From positions 176,586,647 to 176,650,646 of the forward strand of contig NC_092370.1 in NCBI RefSeq assembly GCF_030028105.1: a stretch of 64,000 nt of DNA, given 5' to 3'. Made by a program: the position numbers and the translations under genes. The notes beneath the pieces were generated by a model, which was not told the origin of the DNA, did no database searches, and worked only from the letters and a program-made list of their open reading frames with translations. The stretch's first letter is position 1. Each line of letters starts with the position of its first letter. This document shows, piece after piece, positions 23,331 to 36,692 of the stretch. Source of the stretch: Mobula birostris. Taxonomy: Eukaryota.

Positions 23331-25457
23331 CGCACCCCCCCCCCCAAAGCTGTCCCCAGAAATGCTGTAGCTCTGCAAAGATTCATTACAATTGTAGATA
23401 AACTTAATTATCTACAATTATAGTGAATTTATTTAATCTGTCTAACTTCATTATTTTGTTAGACTTACCAGCTCTGGAGTATAATAACTAAACTATGATG
23501 CTAGCTAATACAAGCATACTACCATAATAATTTGTGTAGTACATACATAATTGAGTTGTTAATGCATTCATGCCAAACTTTTCGGTTTCTGTATCCCTTC
23601 AGTGATTAACATTATGATAGAAAATTCATATTTCGACTTCAGAGATCTTAATTTCCATTCTATAATTTATTCATTGAATTAGGGCCAATACAGTTTGATG
23701 TCTTTATGTCATAACCAAGTCGTAGATGCTGCACTGAGATAAAGTTGTGTCAGAGTGATTGGGCTCATGAGACAGCATTTTGGTCTATTTCATTCCATTG
23801 GATTTAAACTAAACTCAATACACATAATGTGCACAGAAGGATTGTCCTGGCTGGATCGAAAGTTCTGTAAATAATTATGTTCTGAGAAGCAGTTCAATCC
23901 ACCCCAGCATAGTTTAATATGATTGATGGAATTTCACAATGCATTTGTAAGCATCAAGTCAAAGTAGATGTTTTTCTTTTAATCAATTATAAATGGAGTG
24001 CCCTTCTGAACTATATTTTATACTCTAATTCCTGAATGACAATAACAAGTAACTTTTTAAAATCAGTTGTTAAAATGAGCATGAAATTAAAGAAGATGGA
24101 TAAGTCTTTAGCCACCGACCTATGTGTGCTATTCCTAATAGCATAAGCAGCAATATCTGAGCTTTCTGTTATGACTTAACCAAAAGCTTGCTATATATTC
24201 TTATTTTATTAGTACTCAGAAGTAAAATTATGCTAAATGAATTCATAATAAGTCCATTGGGATATGTTCATGAAAAGTTTGATTGTGAAGCATGCTGACC
24301 CTGAAGGTCACAGTAAAAAGTTAGTTGAGGCACTTAAAAGTCGAAAAAGGGTATTGAGGAAAAAACTGGAAATACCATAGTGAGAGTAGTAATACGAACT
24401 CTATTGCTGATCTTTCTTTGACCTGAAAGTTGTTTTAAACATTCATAAGCTCAATTAGTCTTGGTCTGTGATGATATTCAGATCAAAGATATAGTTAATG
24501 AGTAGGAAAACTTTATGCTTTTCTATTAGTTTCACTGTACCAGTCTGGTGATTTTGAATTATAGTGCGTAGTGTTTACCTTGTAATAGAATATGAGCACA
24601 ATTAATATAATAGATGATTAAATGGTCATTTCCCGATCATTTCATTTCAACACCCTAGCATCTGACAGGTTACCTTGAAATATATCGGATCTGGTGATTG
24701 CCCCTGGAGTTTCTTCATTCTTGTTTGCAACAATTAGTGTGCATCTGAACTAAGTTCTTGAGCTGCAAAGATATCTCTGAACAATCTTTAAAAAGACTAT
24801 TCTATCTTCACTGTTGTGGTACAGGAGGATGAATGTAGGTAGAAGAGGATCTGTGCTTTGCTCTTGAAGTTTTAGCAATATTTTGTTATTGCCCATACAC
24901 AGAATTATAAACAAGTACACAATTTGAACTCAGTGTGCAAAAGGTATGACACCAAGCCCAAAGAAACATTCACGGAACTTTTACTCATTCAGAATTCAAA
25001 ACACTTCTTGGGAATATTAAAGCATTATCGTGCCAGCTGGAGGGAAATTGTAATTACACTGAGTGGTATTTCCCTCAATGTCTTGGGCTGCAGAGCAATA
25101 GTGGAAGACATCTAATGCCCTCAATAGGCAGGCAGTATAGCACACTGCACATACTTCCCATTTCTTTCTTTCCTCCGAATGCCATCATCACTTTTGCCCC
25201 TGAAAGGACCATCTCAAGAATAACTGCTTTCAATGATCTTTTATTAAGTAGGCCCATGTTCTATTATAAATGTCACCTCAGCAACACGTGCTCTGGCCAC
25301 CCATTCCCTTCACAACAGCTATTAGCAAAAATAGTACTAAATAAAAACATGCATGTGCCCATATATTTCTTATTTCACCCTTTTTTTGCCAGCTGTCACT
25401 CATCTGTTAATCCAGTCATCATTTTCTCTAATAATGTGTAGAGTATGAGAGAAGGTT

Positions 25458-25552
25458 TGTTTTAATGTAAGTGCTGCTTCCACTTTAAAGAAGAGGTTGA
25501 ACATTTCAGTTTCTGGTAAAAAAACATTCCAACCTCTGCTATAGGAGATCAA
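25458..25552 (+). repeat. Copy 1 of a ~95-bp local direct repeat
   Basis: Matches 26268-26366 with a few substitutions and indels. Confidence 0.85.
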
Positions 25553-25929
25553 TGTTATTTTGCTATTACTAGATTTCTAGTTGTGCACAGATGCGGTCAA
25601 CATCTTACTTATCTCCCAATTTTCCATTCCCTCTTAACCCCATAATCTTGGTCCTCAAATGGCATTTAAGTGAACCTCAAGAATTTCCATTAACCACGGA
25701 CAATGGAACTATTTCAAGTGAGCAGCCAGCAGTAGTATTTTAGGAAGTAAGACTTGGTTGATGTTGTGCTCTTCGTTCTGTGGTTCAGGATTAGTTGTTA
25801 AAGCGAATATCTTTATTTTTTCTTTTATTGGCCAGAGGGAGGTAAGGCTGTGGTGCGAAAGCCAAAGAGAGAATGCTATTGTTCTGATGCATTTTAGACC
25901 AAATGCTGACTTTTTAAAATTAATTTTAG

Positions 25930-26720
25930 TTTCTGGGGATTGCTGGCAAGGCTGGTACATTTTGCTCATCCCTAATTGCTGGTGGTGATCTGGTTTTATG
26001 AGCCACTGCAGTCCCTCATATGAAAATACGGCATGGTGCATTTAAGGAGGACTTTTGAGATTTTGGCCTCATTAGAATGTAGGACAGTGATGCATTTGCA
26101 AGTCAGGAAGGACTGCATCTTGGAGGGGAATGTGCATGTAGTGGAATTCCCAAGAACTTGCTGTACTTGTCCTTGATAACTGGGTTTGCAAGTTTGGTCT
26201 AATTGCTGAAGTAGCTTCGTATAACAATTAATTGCAGTACGTTTTGTTCACAGGAGAGGAGTGGTGTTGTTTTAATGTGAAATGCTGCTTGCACTTTAAG
26301 GAAGAGGTTGAACATTTCAAGTTTCTGGTTTTAAAAAAACATTCAACCTCTGCTGTAGGAGATCAAGATCTCCATGTTTGGTCAAGATCGGCCACTCTCA
26401 CCTCAACTCAGTAATCTGACTCTTTGGTGCATGCTTGGAACAAGTCTGTGACAACATCTGGAGCCGAGTCATCTTGGCAAAACCCAAACTGAGAACTGGT
26501 ACGTAATTTACTTGCAACTAAGTGCTGCACAATAGCATAGAAAATTATACTTTTAATCTCTTTGTTGATGATAGGGAATAGAATGGCTGGGTGGTGCTGA
26601 GCCAAATTAGATATATTTCTGCTGAGCTGGTCATTTCTGCACATTATTGGGTGGATGCCAGTATTGTAAATGCTCCAACTTGTGCTGCTTGTGCATAGCT
26701 GTAATAATAGAATACATGTA
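25930..26720 (-). mobile_element. Ancient CR1/L2-group LINE remnant
   Basis: HLVASKLRTSSQFGFCQDDSAPDVVTDLFQACTKE is an RT-like motif. The 3'-end sequence is shared with remnants near 44.2 kb and 47.4 kb. Confidence 0.6.
26268..26366 (+). repeat. Copy 2 of the ~95-bp local direct repeat
   Basis: Matches 25458-25552. Confidence 0.85.
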
Positions 26721-27039
26721 CAGTATATGACCTTTGGGAGTTCCAGACCGGTTCCTGCCAAAATTGCCTATGGCCTAGGAGCAATGGTCTGAAAATCATT
26801 CAATGATGCACCCTGTGAGGAACAGTTAGAACTAATTACATATTAGGCAGATTGCAAAGAAGAAACACTTAAAAGTGTTTCCTGTATTTAAAAAATTGCA
26901 CAAAACAATCTGTTCTCAATCATGATTTTCTTTTTTTATCTGATCCTGGCAGCTGTTGTGCCTCATCCAGTCAAATGGTCTTTGTACCAACAGCAGTTGT
27001 GGAATAAAATAAGGAGACCAGCATCGATTGTGTCAAATG

Positions 27040-27850
27040 TAAAAGAGGCCATTGCTGCCATGCAAAACGTCTCCAGCCAAGGCTAGCATTCTGAGGAACG
27101 TCATTTTAAAATGCACAAACCCCTGCGTGGTAACTTTGAGGTATCTATGGGCTTGGATCCAAGATCCTCTGACCCTCCACACTGCTGAGAATCCTATCAA
27201 TAACTTTGTACTCTGCCTTTAAGTCATGCCTTTCAGCTTCTTTCCTATTTCCCCATATTTGCTTTTCAGGACCTCATCCCAGTACATACTGCATCTTCTG
27301 GCTACTCTCACTCCCCCTTTAGAATACTGTCGACTAGATCTGAGATCTCCCTGATCCTGGCACCACGGAGACATCATATTGTCCAGGAGTCTCTTATACA
27401 TAAACAGAATCACCTGTCTGTTTCCCTAACTGTTGAATCCCCTGTTATCTGCCTCCTGCAATTTAGGTGTGACTGCTTCTGTGTAGTTCCTATCTATCAA
27501 CTCCTCATTCACCTGACTGATCTGCTCATCCATCTTCAGCTGCAGATCCCTAATGTGGTCTACCAGGAACTGTAACCGGTACACTTGCAGGTACACTTAT
27601 CAGGGACACTAGAGGTCACCCTGACTTCCCACAACATGAAAGAAGAGCGCACCGCTGCCCTGGGTTCCATTCTCGCTGCTCTACCTGTGCAATAATAAAG
27701 GAAGAATGAGAAACACCAGAAACTCACCCTAGTTTCCACCTCTTCTTTCTGAAGCCTATTGAGGCAAAGCCTCAGTTCCACACTTTAAATCATACCCACT
27801 TACACTATGGCCATGCCCACAATGGCTGCTGTGCTTAATCCTCACTTTTT
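27040..27850 (-). mobile_element. Degraded CR1 fragments (RT end and ORF1/esterase-like region)
   Basis: SPWCQDQGDL (LPGARV-like) and MLWEVRVTSSVPDKCTC-like CR1 ORF1 motifs. Confidence 0.55.
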
Positions 27851-28047
27851 TTGTCAAGTTTATTTGTACTATATTATGTATTACTGACTGAGAATATTTA
27901 CGTTGACTAATTGTGTATTTGTTCTGCAAGTTTGGCTTTCTTGTGACCTATTTTGTACCAGTTTTAAATTTCACCTCAAGGAAGTCACTAACAATTACTG
28001 AAGCATACCACAGCCAAAATGCCATCAAACCCTGGGGATTTTTAGAA

Positions 28048-30030
28048 TAAATACTTTATACTTTATTGTCGCCAAACAATTGATACTAGAATGTACAATC
28101 ATCACAGCGATATTTGATTCTGTGCTTCCCACTCCCTAGATTACAAATATTAAATATTAAAAATATTAAAATAGTAAAAATTAGTAAATATTAAAAATTT
28201 AAATTATAAATCATAAATAGAAAATAGAAAAATGAAAAGTAAGGTAGTGCAAAAAAAACCGAGAGACAGGTCCGGATATTTGGAGGGTCCGGCCCAGATC
28301 TGGGTCAGGATCCGTTCAGCTGTCTTATCACAGTTGGAAAGAAGCTGTTCTGAAATCTGGCCGTACGAGTCTTCAAGCTCCTGAGCCTTCTCCCGGAGGT
28401 GTGTTGGCTGGCTGGATCGTGTCCTTGATTATCCTGGCAGCACTGCTCCGACAGCGTGCGGTGTAAAGTGAGTCCAAGGACGGAAGATTGGCTTGTGTGA
28501 TGTGCTGCGCCGTGTTCACGGTCTTCTGCAGCTTCTTTCGGTCTTGGACAGGATAACTTCCAGACCAGGTTGTGATGCACCCTAGAAGAATGCTTTCTAT
28601 GGTGCATTTATAAAAAATAGTGAGGGTTTTAAGGGACAGGCCAAATTTCTTTAGTTTTCTCAGGAAGTAAAGGCGCTGGTGGGCCTTCTTGGCAGTGAAC
28701 TCTGCTTGGTTGGACCAAGTCAGGTCATTTGTGATATTGACCCCGAGGAACTTAAAGCTTTTGACTTGCACACCACCTATGTAAATTGGGTCATGTGGTC
28801 CGCTACTCCTTCTGAAGTCAACAACCAATTCCTTCGTCTTGCTGACGTTGAGGGATAGGTTATTGTCTTCGCACCATGCCACCAGTTCTTAACTTCCTCT
28901 CTGTACTCAAACTCATCATTACCCGCGATACGGCCTACAATTGTGTCATCAGCAAACTTATATATTGAGTTTGATGGAAACTTGGCTACACAATCATGGG
29001 TGTACAGTGAGTACAGCAGGGGGCTGAGTACGCAGCCTTGTGGGGCACCGGTGCTCGGAGTGATTGTAGAGGAGTGCTTGTCCCCTATTTTTACAGCCTG
29101 GGTCCTGTCTGTGAGGAAGTTGAAGATCCAGCTGCAGATCTGAGTGCTAAGGCCCAGGTTCCGGAGCTTAGGAATCAGCTTATTCAGAATGATGGTACTA
29201 AAGACAGAGCTGTAGTCAATAAAAAGGAGCCTTACGTATGCGTCTTTATTCTCCAGGTGTTCTAAGGGGGAAGGTAGCCCTAGAGAGATGGCATCTGCCG
29301 TTGACCTGTTGCTCCAGTAGGCGAATTGCAAAGTGTCGAGGTTGACCGGTAGGCTGTGGTTGATGTGTGCCATAACCAATCTCTCGAAGCACTTCATAGC
29401 AATTGATGTTAGAGCCACAGGTCGATAGTCATTCGGGCATGCCACCTTACTCTTCTTTGGCACTGGGATTATCGTTGCCTTCTTAAAACACGAGGGGATC
29501 TTTGGCTGAAGCAAGGAGCAGCTGAAGATGTCAGCAAACACTCCAGCTAGCTCGCTTGCACAGGCCCGGAGAACCCATCCCAGGACGCCATCTGGGCCCG
29601 TCACCTTCCTCGGATTTATCTTCAGGAAGGCCCTTCTAACGTCCTCCTTGATGCCACCAGGTCCGGTTCATCTGGAGGGAGTGGGATGCTCCTCTTCTGT
29701 TAGAATCTTGCATAGAATACATTAAGTTCGTCAGGAAGAGAAGCGCCACAGTTATTGATATTCCCAGCTTTTTCTTTGCGCCCGGTGATCTCATTTAGAC
29801 CCTGCCATAGTCTACTGGCATCCCTCTGGTTAGCCTGGGCTTCCAACTTAGCTCAATATTGCCTCTTGGGGCCCTTAATGGCTTTCCGGAATATAGCGAC
29901 TGGTATGCCCGACCTAAAAGCCGCAGCTCTAGCCTTTAAAAGGGACTTGACCTCATAATTCATCCAAGGTTTCCGGTTAGGGAATACCTGAATCTTCTTG
30001 CGAGATACACAGTCCTCTGTGCATTTCCAA
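28048..30030 (-). mobile_element. Relatively young, 5'-truncated Rex1/Babar LINE
   Basis: ORF 28777-29604 RT (GPDGV...YRPVALTS...LQFAY...FIDYSS...[13 protein letters not shown]...KFADDT) plus the 28373-28882 C-terminus; CpG-rich; aataaagtataaagt tail. Confidence 0.95.
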
Positions 30031-30134
30031 ATATTGAGGTGCTTTCAAACTATTTTCAAATTCATAAGGGTGAACAGGTGAGAGGGTTATAGAGGTCTCC
30101 CCACCATTCATTGGGGAATTTATCAGGAGCTCTG

Positions 30135-30450
30135 TGTACGCAGGGGCCTTAGTATTATTAAGGATCCCACCCATCCATCCAGCATCCTCTTTGACTTTCT
30201 ACCATCAGAGAGGAGACTACAATGCATGAGAAACAGTTTCTTTCCCCAGGCTAATAGGGTTCTGAACACTTTGCTGCATCGTATTCGAAGTGTTACTGAT
30301 TAATCTGTTTTGAACCTTAGAATATTTAATATTAATGCACTTCAGTTCATTATTTATGTGTGATTCACCCATAGGTTTTATCCTTACCTTCTTAAGTTAT
30401 TGTGTGTTACTGTGCTTTACACTCTGGTTTGGAGTAATGTTGTTTCATTC
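30135..30450 (+). mobile_element. Rex1-type 3' end fragment
   Basis: IIKDPTHPSSILFDFLPS.RR...NSFF motif. Confidence 0.65.
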
Positions 30451-32900
30451 CAAAGTAATTTGGTGATTTATGGATCAAATGAAGCTACTCTGGATATTTG
30501 ACCAGATGCTTCTGGTCAGAAATCACTTTAATTCGATGACAACCCAGAGTGCTAAGGGCCTGGATGGGGTGGAGTTTGTGAAATGTGTCCAGAAAAGTTT
30601 TCTCTGTCAATAGATAGAGGGCCCTACTTGGGAGAGTGCAATACTGGGCCATCTCTTAGGGAGGGAGGCAAGGTAAGTAACTGAACTGGTAGTCAGGGGA
30701 GCACTTTGGCTTCAAAGACAATAGTTCTATCTGTTTTAAAATACTGATGGAAAAGGATAGTCCAGATCCACAGTTAGGGTCCTAAGCTAGAGCAAGACTA
30801 ATTACGGGGGAATTAGACAGAATCTAGCAGTTGTCAATTCAGTTAGCCTGTTTGAAAGGAAAGAATCAAATGGCAACTGGGAGACTTTTAAGAATGTGAA
30901 TGCAAATTTCCAGGAGCAGCACGTTCTTGTCAGGGTGAGGGTAAATGTGCCACGTCTGGCTTCTGCCACCACCCCCCTACCCCACCCATTCCTTTCTAAT
31001 CCTGATGATGAGTTTCAGCCCAAAATATCAATTTGCTGAGTTCCTCCTGTATTCTATGCATGCCAAGAGATATCCTGAAGCTCTGGTTACGAAATAGAAG
31101 AAAGTATACATTGGGTTTAGGCTTAGGAGGCCAGGATTGAGCCAATCGCTTGATGTCTATAAAAAGATTAAGAGGGATATCAGGAGAGCAAAGAGAGGTA
31201 TGAGATGGATCTGGCAGGTAAGATTAAGGAAAATCCCAAGAGATTCTATACCTATATTAAATATCAGAGGGTGCCTAGGGAGAGAGTAGCTCCTCTTAGA
31301 GATCAGCAGGGCTGTGTATATTTTGAGCTATGGTAGATGAGTGGTATTTTTAACAAATATTTCTTCTTGGCATTTACTGAGAAGAAAATCATGGTTGTTG
31401 AAGAGGTAAGGAAAACAAATACCGATGGTTTGGAAAATGTTCGTTTTACCAGATATATAAATCCCCAGGGCCTGACCATCCCAGGATTTTGTGGGAGGCT
31501 AGAGAGGACATTGCCGAGGCTCTTGTGGAGGTACTTATTTCATTCTTAGCCACTGCTGAGGTTGCTGAAGACCTGAAGTTAGTTAATGCTGCTTCATTGT
31601 TTAACAATTATGGCAAGGACAAACCAGGCAACCACAAGCTGGTCGGCTTGATGTCGGTAGTGGGGAAGTTACTGGAAGGATTTCTAAAGGGTAGGATTTA
31701 CCTGCATTTGAATAGACAGAGTCTGATTAGGACAAAGCTTTGTGGATGGAAATTTGTGCTTCATGAAGCTTTTAGAGTTTTTTGAAGAAGTGACGAAAAA
31801 GGCAGATGAAGGTACGGCAATGGATGCTTGTTTGGATTTTAACAAGGCCTTTGACAAGGTCCCACTTTGTATGCTGGTCAGGAAGATTAGGTTTTATGGA
31901 GTCCAGGGTGAGCTAGTAAGGTGGATTCACAATTGGCTCAGAGGTAGGGGGCAGAGGGTTGTGGTTGAAGGTTGTTTCTTGGAATGGAGGCTGGTGACAA
32001 GTGGTGTGCCACATGGTTCAGTGCTGGGACCGTCGTTATTCATTATTTCTGTAATAAATTGGATGCGAATGCACAAAGCTTGTTCAGTAAGTTTGTGGAT
32101 AACACAAAATCAGGAGCTGTTGTTGAAGGGTATTGTAGATTACAAGGGGATCTTGGTCAGTTAGGGGAATAGGCTGAAGAGTGGCAAATGAACTTCAATA
32201 AGATTGAAAAGTCAAACCAGTGAATGAATGGTAGGGCACTAGGGAGTGTAATTGAACAGAGGAACTTAGGGGTACAAGTGCAAAGTCCATTGAAAACGGT
32301 GTCACAGGTAGAAGGGTGGTGGAAAAAAAGTGTTACTATCTTGTCCTTTATCAGTTGGGGCACTGAGTATAGGAATTGTGACATTATATTGCAGAGGTAT
32401 TAGTTGTTGCTGAGGCTACATACACTTGGATACTGCATATAGTTTTGATCACCCTGTTACAGGAAAAACGTGGTTAAACTAGATAGAATGCAGAAAAAGA
32501 TTTGTGAGGACATTGACATGGCTAGAGGGCCTGAGTTAAAGGGAAATGATCGCCAGGTTGGGTCTTTATTCTTTTGACATATAAGATTGAGGGGGAACCT
32601 TATAGGAATGCATACAATTATGAGAGATATGGATGGAGTCCAAAACTAGTGGGAATAAACTTAGTGATAGGGTAAGATTTATACGGGACCTAAGGATCAA
32701 TTTTTTTTCATACGGTGCGATGAGTATACGGAATAAGCTGCCAGAGGAAGAGGTTGAGGCAGGTTCTGAATTGGTAGATAGAGAGGTGAGGCTTAGAAGG
32801 ATATGGGGTGAATATAGGAAATTGGAACTAACTGGGTGGTCACAGTGGTCAGCCTGGATTCATTGGGCTGAAGGGCCTCTGTTCATGTTTAATAACTCTA
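30450..32900 (+). mobile_element. Degraded CR1 LINE
   Basis: IKENPKRFY; DFNKAFDKVP; WRLVTSGVPHGSVLGP; 3' end gggctgaagggcct. Confidence 0.85.
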
Positions 32901-32997
32901 TGACCAGTTTTCCTAAAAGACATGCACCAAATGAAATCATTTCCTAGGAAGATTCATCCAGTTGTTCTGAGGGCAACCTTGATCAAGTAGATTATGA

Positions 32998-33675
32998 GGA
33001 CACTCAGTCCTCTTTTACTGTCATTTAGAAATGCATACATGCATTAAGAAATGATACAATGTTTCTCCGGAGTGATATCACAGAAAACAAGATAGACCAA
33101 AGACTAACACTGACAAGACCACATAATTATAACATATAGTTACAGCAGTGCAAAGCAATACCATAACTTGATAAAGAACAGACCATAGGCACAGTAAAAA
33201 ATAGTCTCAAAGTCCCCGAGTCAATCAACTCCCGAGTCCCTGATAGCAGGTGGCAAAAGGGAGAAACTCCCTGCCATAAACCTCCAGGCACCGTCAACTT
33301 GCCGATACCTTGGAAGGAGCCGACCCCAGCCGACCCTGAGTCCATCCATCCGAAAACTCCAAGCTTCCGAGCAGCCTCTCCGATACAGCCTCCCGAGCGC
33401 CATCCTCTGCCGAGCGCCTTCGATCTCTCCCCGGCCGCTGAAACACGCAAAGCCGAGGATTTCGGGGCCTTCAGCTCCAGAGATTCCAGTTACCACACAG
33501 TAGCAGCGGTAGCAAAGCAGTCATTTCAGAAGTTTTCCAGATGTTCCGCTGTGCTCTCACATCTGTCTCCATCAAATCAGGATTGTGCACAGTCCCCTAC
33601 TTGACAAATAACAGATATTCATCACCGAAGTGGCTGCGCGCGCTGCCGTCGCACCACCATTTTCTTCCTGCTCCG
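32998..33675 (-). mobile_element. CpG-rich non-autonomous retroposon-like repeat (~670 bp)
   Basis: Sharp GC/CpG island in an AT-rich background; LINE-like 5' start (gaaaatggtggtgcgacggcagcg) and Rex1-like 3' end; no credible ORF. Confidence 0.45.
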
Positions 33676-34929
33676 GGGTTTTAATAACTAGGTATTTAAA
33701 TGAGATTTCAATGCACAGGACATCTACATTGGCAGATCAACTTTAAATACATACTTTCTTTGTGTTGTCTATTGATCCCTATTTCCCCCAAGCATACGAC
33801 TCTTGACTGGGCCCCAAATGAGTGCACAAGCATTCCTTTCTATCTTGTGTTTCTTTAAGAGTTGTGCACACCACGTGGGTAAATTACTTTAGTATGCTTA
33901 TAGCTGCTTAATTGAGATTTATTCTGAAAAAAAAATGTCTGTTTAGAACCCTACCTCTGTTTTGTGAAGTTGCTGCCTAAACAATGACGATGTCATGCAC
34001 CAGGCCTGCTAAATGTGAAAGAGAGCTGGAGAGGTACGAGTAGAATTAGCCATTCACCCTGTTTCTGGAATGACTGGAAAGGTTTCTACAGGCAAATTAG
34101 ATTGTCAAAATCCTCGGAGAGGACACAGAATATGGAAATGCAACACATCTTGAAAAGATAAGGACAATTCTGTTAATTGTGGTGGAGATAAATGAGAGGT
34201 TAGAAAATCTACTAGAAGAACAAATAACAAACAGGCTGGAAGTCTTGAAGAGACATTTTAATTTAATGCTGTCAGAGAAATTAAAGAACTGCAAACTAGG
34301 GGCCAGAGAAGTAGTGTTGAATATTTGGTCAGGGTAATGACACTTGTAAAAGGATGCAGTTTCTAGAAATTTTAGTTTGGGCCTTGCGATATTGTGATAC
34401 TTCTATGGACTAGCAGATAAGAGAATTCAGACAACATTTTTAACACTGTGGATGTAGCGTTCAATGGAACGTATAGAATGGCTACCAGTGTGCATGTGGT
34501 GTCTAGAAATGAGTGGTAGTTTCACTCAGGTCATAATCCCCAGGTGCAAGAAGAGAACAAGCTTTCAGAGGTGGTAATGATAGCATAATCTTTTGCTTTG
34601 CTTTAAAGTTACAGGGCTATGCTGAGATGAGACAGCACAGCAGTAGGTGGGAACATGATGATTCCACATGTGGATTTATAATATGAGTGGATGTTATAAT
34701 CAAAAGGTATTCCTTCAGTAATGTGCTGAGCATTCTGAAGGCATTCTTTGAGAGTTATGGATTCACAACGCTAAGGCTTTATTTGGGCTATTTCAAGGTC
34801 TGTCAATAAGTGAAACTACTATTACATTCATGACAATGCTGAAGGTGTAGATTATAGAAGTTCCTGCAGATGCCAGCATGCAGCCCAGAAATGAACCTGC
34901 AAACCAAATAAAAAGACTCTGAAACTTTT

Positions 34930-36692
34930 CGATGATTTTAAGTTCCCTGGCCCCCACCGCTTTATTTTCACGATGGATGTCCAGTCCCTATATACTTCCA
35001 TCTCCCATCAAAAAGGTTTCAAAGCTCTCTGCGTCTTTTTGGATTCCAGACCTAACCAGTTCCCCTATACCACCACTCTGCTCCATCTAGCGGAATTAGT
35101 CCTTACTCTTAATAATTTCTCCTTTGGTTCCTCCCACTTCCTCCAAACTAAAGGTGTAGCCATGGGCACCCGTATGGGTCACAGCTATGCCTGCCTTTTT
35201 GTTGGCTTTGTGGAACAATCTATCTTCCAAACCTATTCTGGTATCTATACCCCACTTTTCCTTCGCTACATCGACAACTGCATTGGCGCTACTTCCTGCA
35301 TGCATGCTGAGCTCGTTAACTTAATTATCCTTGCTTCCAACTTTCACCCTGCCCTCAAGTTTACCTGGTCCATTTCCGACACCTCCCTCCCCTTTCTAGA
35401 TCTTTCTGTCTCTGTCTCTGGAGACAGCTTATCTACTGATGTCTACTATAAGCCTACTGACTCTCACAGCCATCTGGACTATTCCTCTTCTCACCCTGTC
35501 TCTTGCAAAAATGCCATCCCCTTCTCACAATTCCTCTGTCTCCGCCGCATCTGCTCTCAGGATGTGGCTTTTCATTCCAGGTCGAGGGAGATGCCCTCCT
35601 TTTTTAAAGAAAGGGGTTTCCCTTCCCCCACCATCAACTCTGCTCTCAAACACATCTCCCCCATTTCACGCACATCTGCTCTCACTCCATCCTCCCGCCA
35701 CCCCACTAGGAATAGGGTTCCCCTTGTCCTCACCTACCAGCCCACCAGCCTCCAGGTCCAACATATAATTCTCCGTAACTTCTGCCACCTCCAACCGGAT
35801 TCCACCATTAAGCACTTCTTTCCATAGGGATCGCTCCCTACATGACTCCCTTGTCCGTTCGTCCCCCCCATCCCTCCCCACCGATCTCCCTCCTGGCACT
35901 TATCCTTGTAAGCGGAACAAGTGCTACACATGCCCTTACACTCCCTCCCTCACTACCATTCAGGGCCCCAGACAGTCCTTCCAGGTGAGGCGACACTTCA
36001 CCTGTGAGTCAGCTGGGGTGATATACTGCATTCAGTGCTCCTGATGAGGCCTTCTATATATTGGTGAGACCCGACGCAGACTGGGAGATCGTTTCGCTGG
36101 ATACCTACGCTCTGTCCGCCAGAGAAAGCAGGATCTCCCAGTGGCCACACATTTTAATTCCACGTCCCATTCCCATTCTGATATGTCTATCCACGGCCTC
36201 CTCTGCTGTAAAGATGAAGCCACACTCAGGTTGGAGGAACAACACCTTATATTCCGTCTGGGTAGCCTCCAACCTGATGGCATGAACATTGACTTCTCAA
36301 ACTTCCGCTAATGCCCCACCTCCCCCTCGTACCCCATCTGTTATCTATTTATTTATATACACACTTTCTTTTTCTCCCTCTGTCCCTCTCACTATACCCC
36401 TTACCCATCCTCTGGGGTTCACACCCTCACACCCCCTTTCTCCCTGGGCCTCCTGTACCATGATCCTCTCATATCCCTTTTGCCAATCAAATCCAGCTCT
36501 TGGCTCCATCCCTCCCCCTCCTGTCTTCTCCTATCATTTTGGATCTCCCTCTCCCCCTCCCACTTTCAAATCTCTTACTAGCTCTTCTTTCAGTTAGTCC
36601 TGACGAAGGGTCTCGGCCCGAAACATCGACTGTACCTCTTCCTAGAGATGCTGCCTGGCCTGCTGCGTTCACCAGCAACTTTTATGTGTGTT
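34930..36692 (+). mobile_element. Penelope-like element (Neptune-type), 5'-truncated: RT + Cys linker + GIY-YIG + pLTR
   Basis: MDVQSLYTSI, GVAMGTRMG, LRYIDN, YYKPTDSH; CKRNKCYTC linker; VIYCIQC..LLYIGET..RL..R; LQPDGMN; stop at ~36312. Confidence 0.95.
36595..36633 (+). ncRNA. Minimal type I hammerhead ribozyme in Penelope pLTR
   Basis: agtc-CTGACGA-agggtctcggccc-GAAA-catc-gact: core boxes, stem II, and stem I agtc/gact. The cleavage triplet here is ATC. Confidence 0.8.

Noticed and set aside
33127-33604. Overlapping ~100-aa ORFs in a CpG-rich island
   Set aside because: No recognisable domains; explained by high GC within a repeat-like unit.
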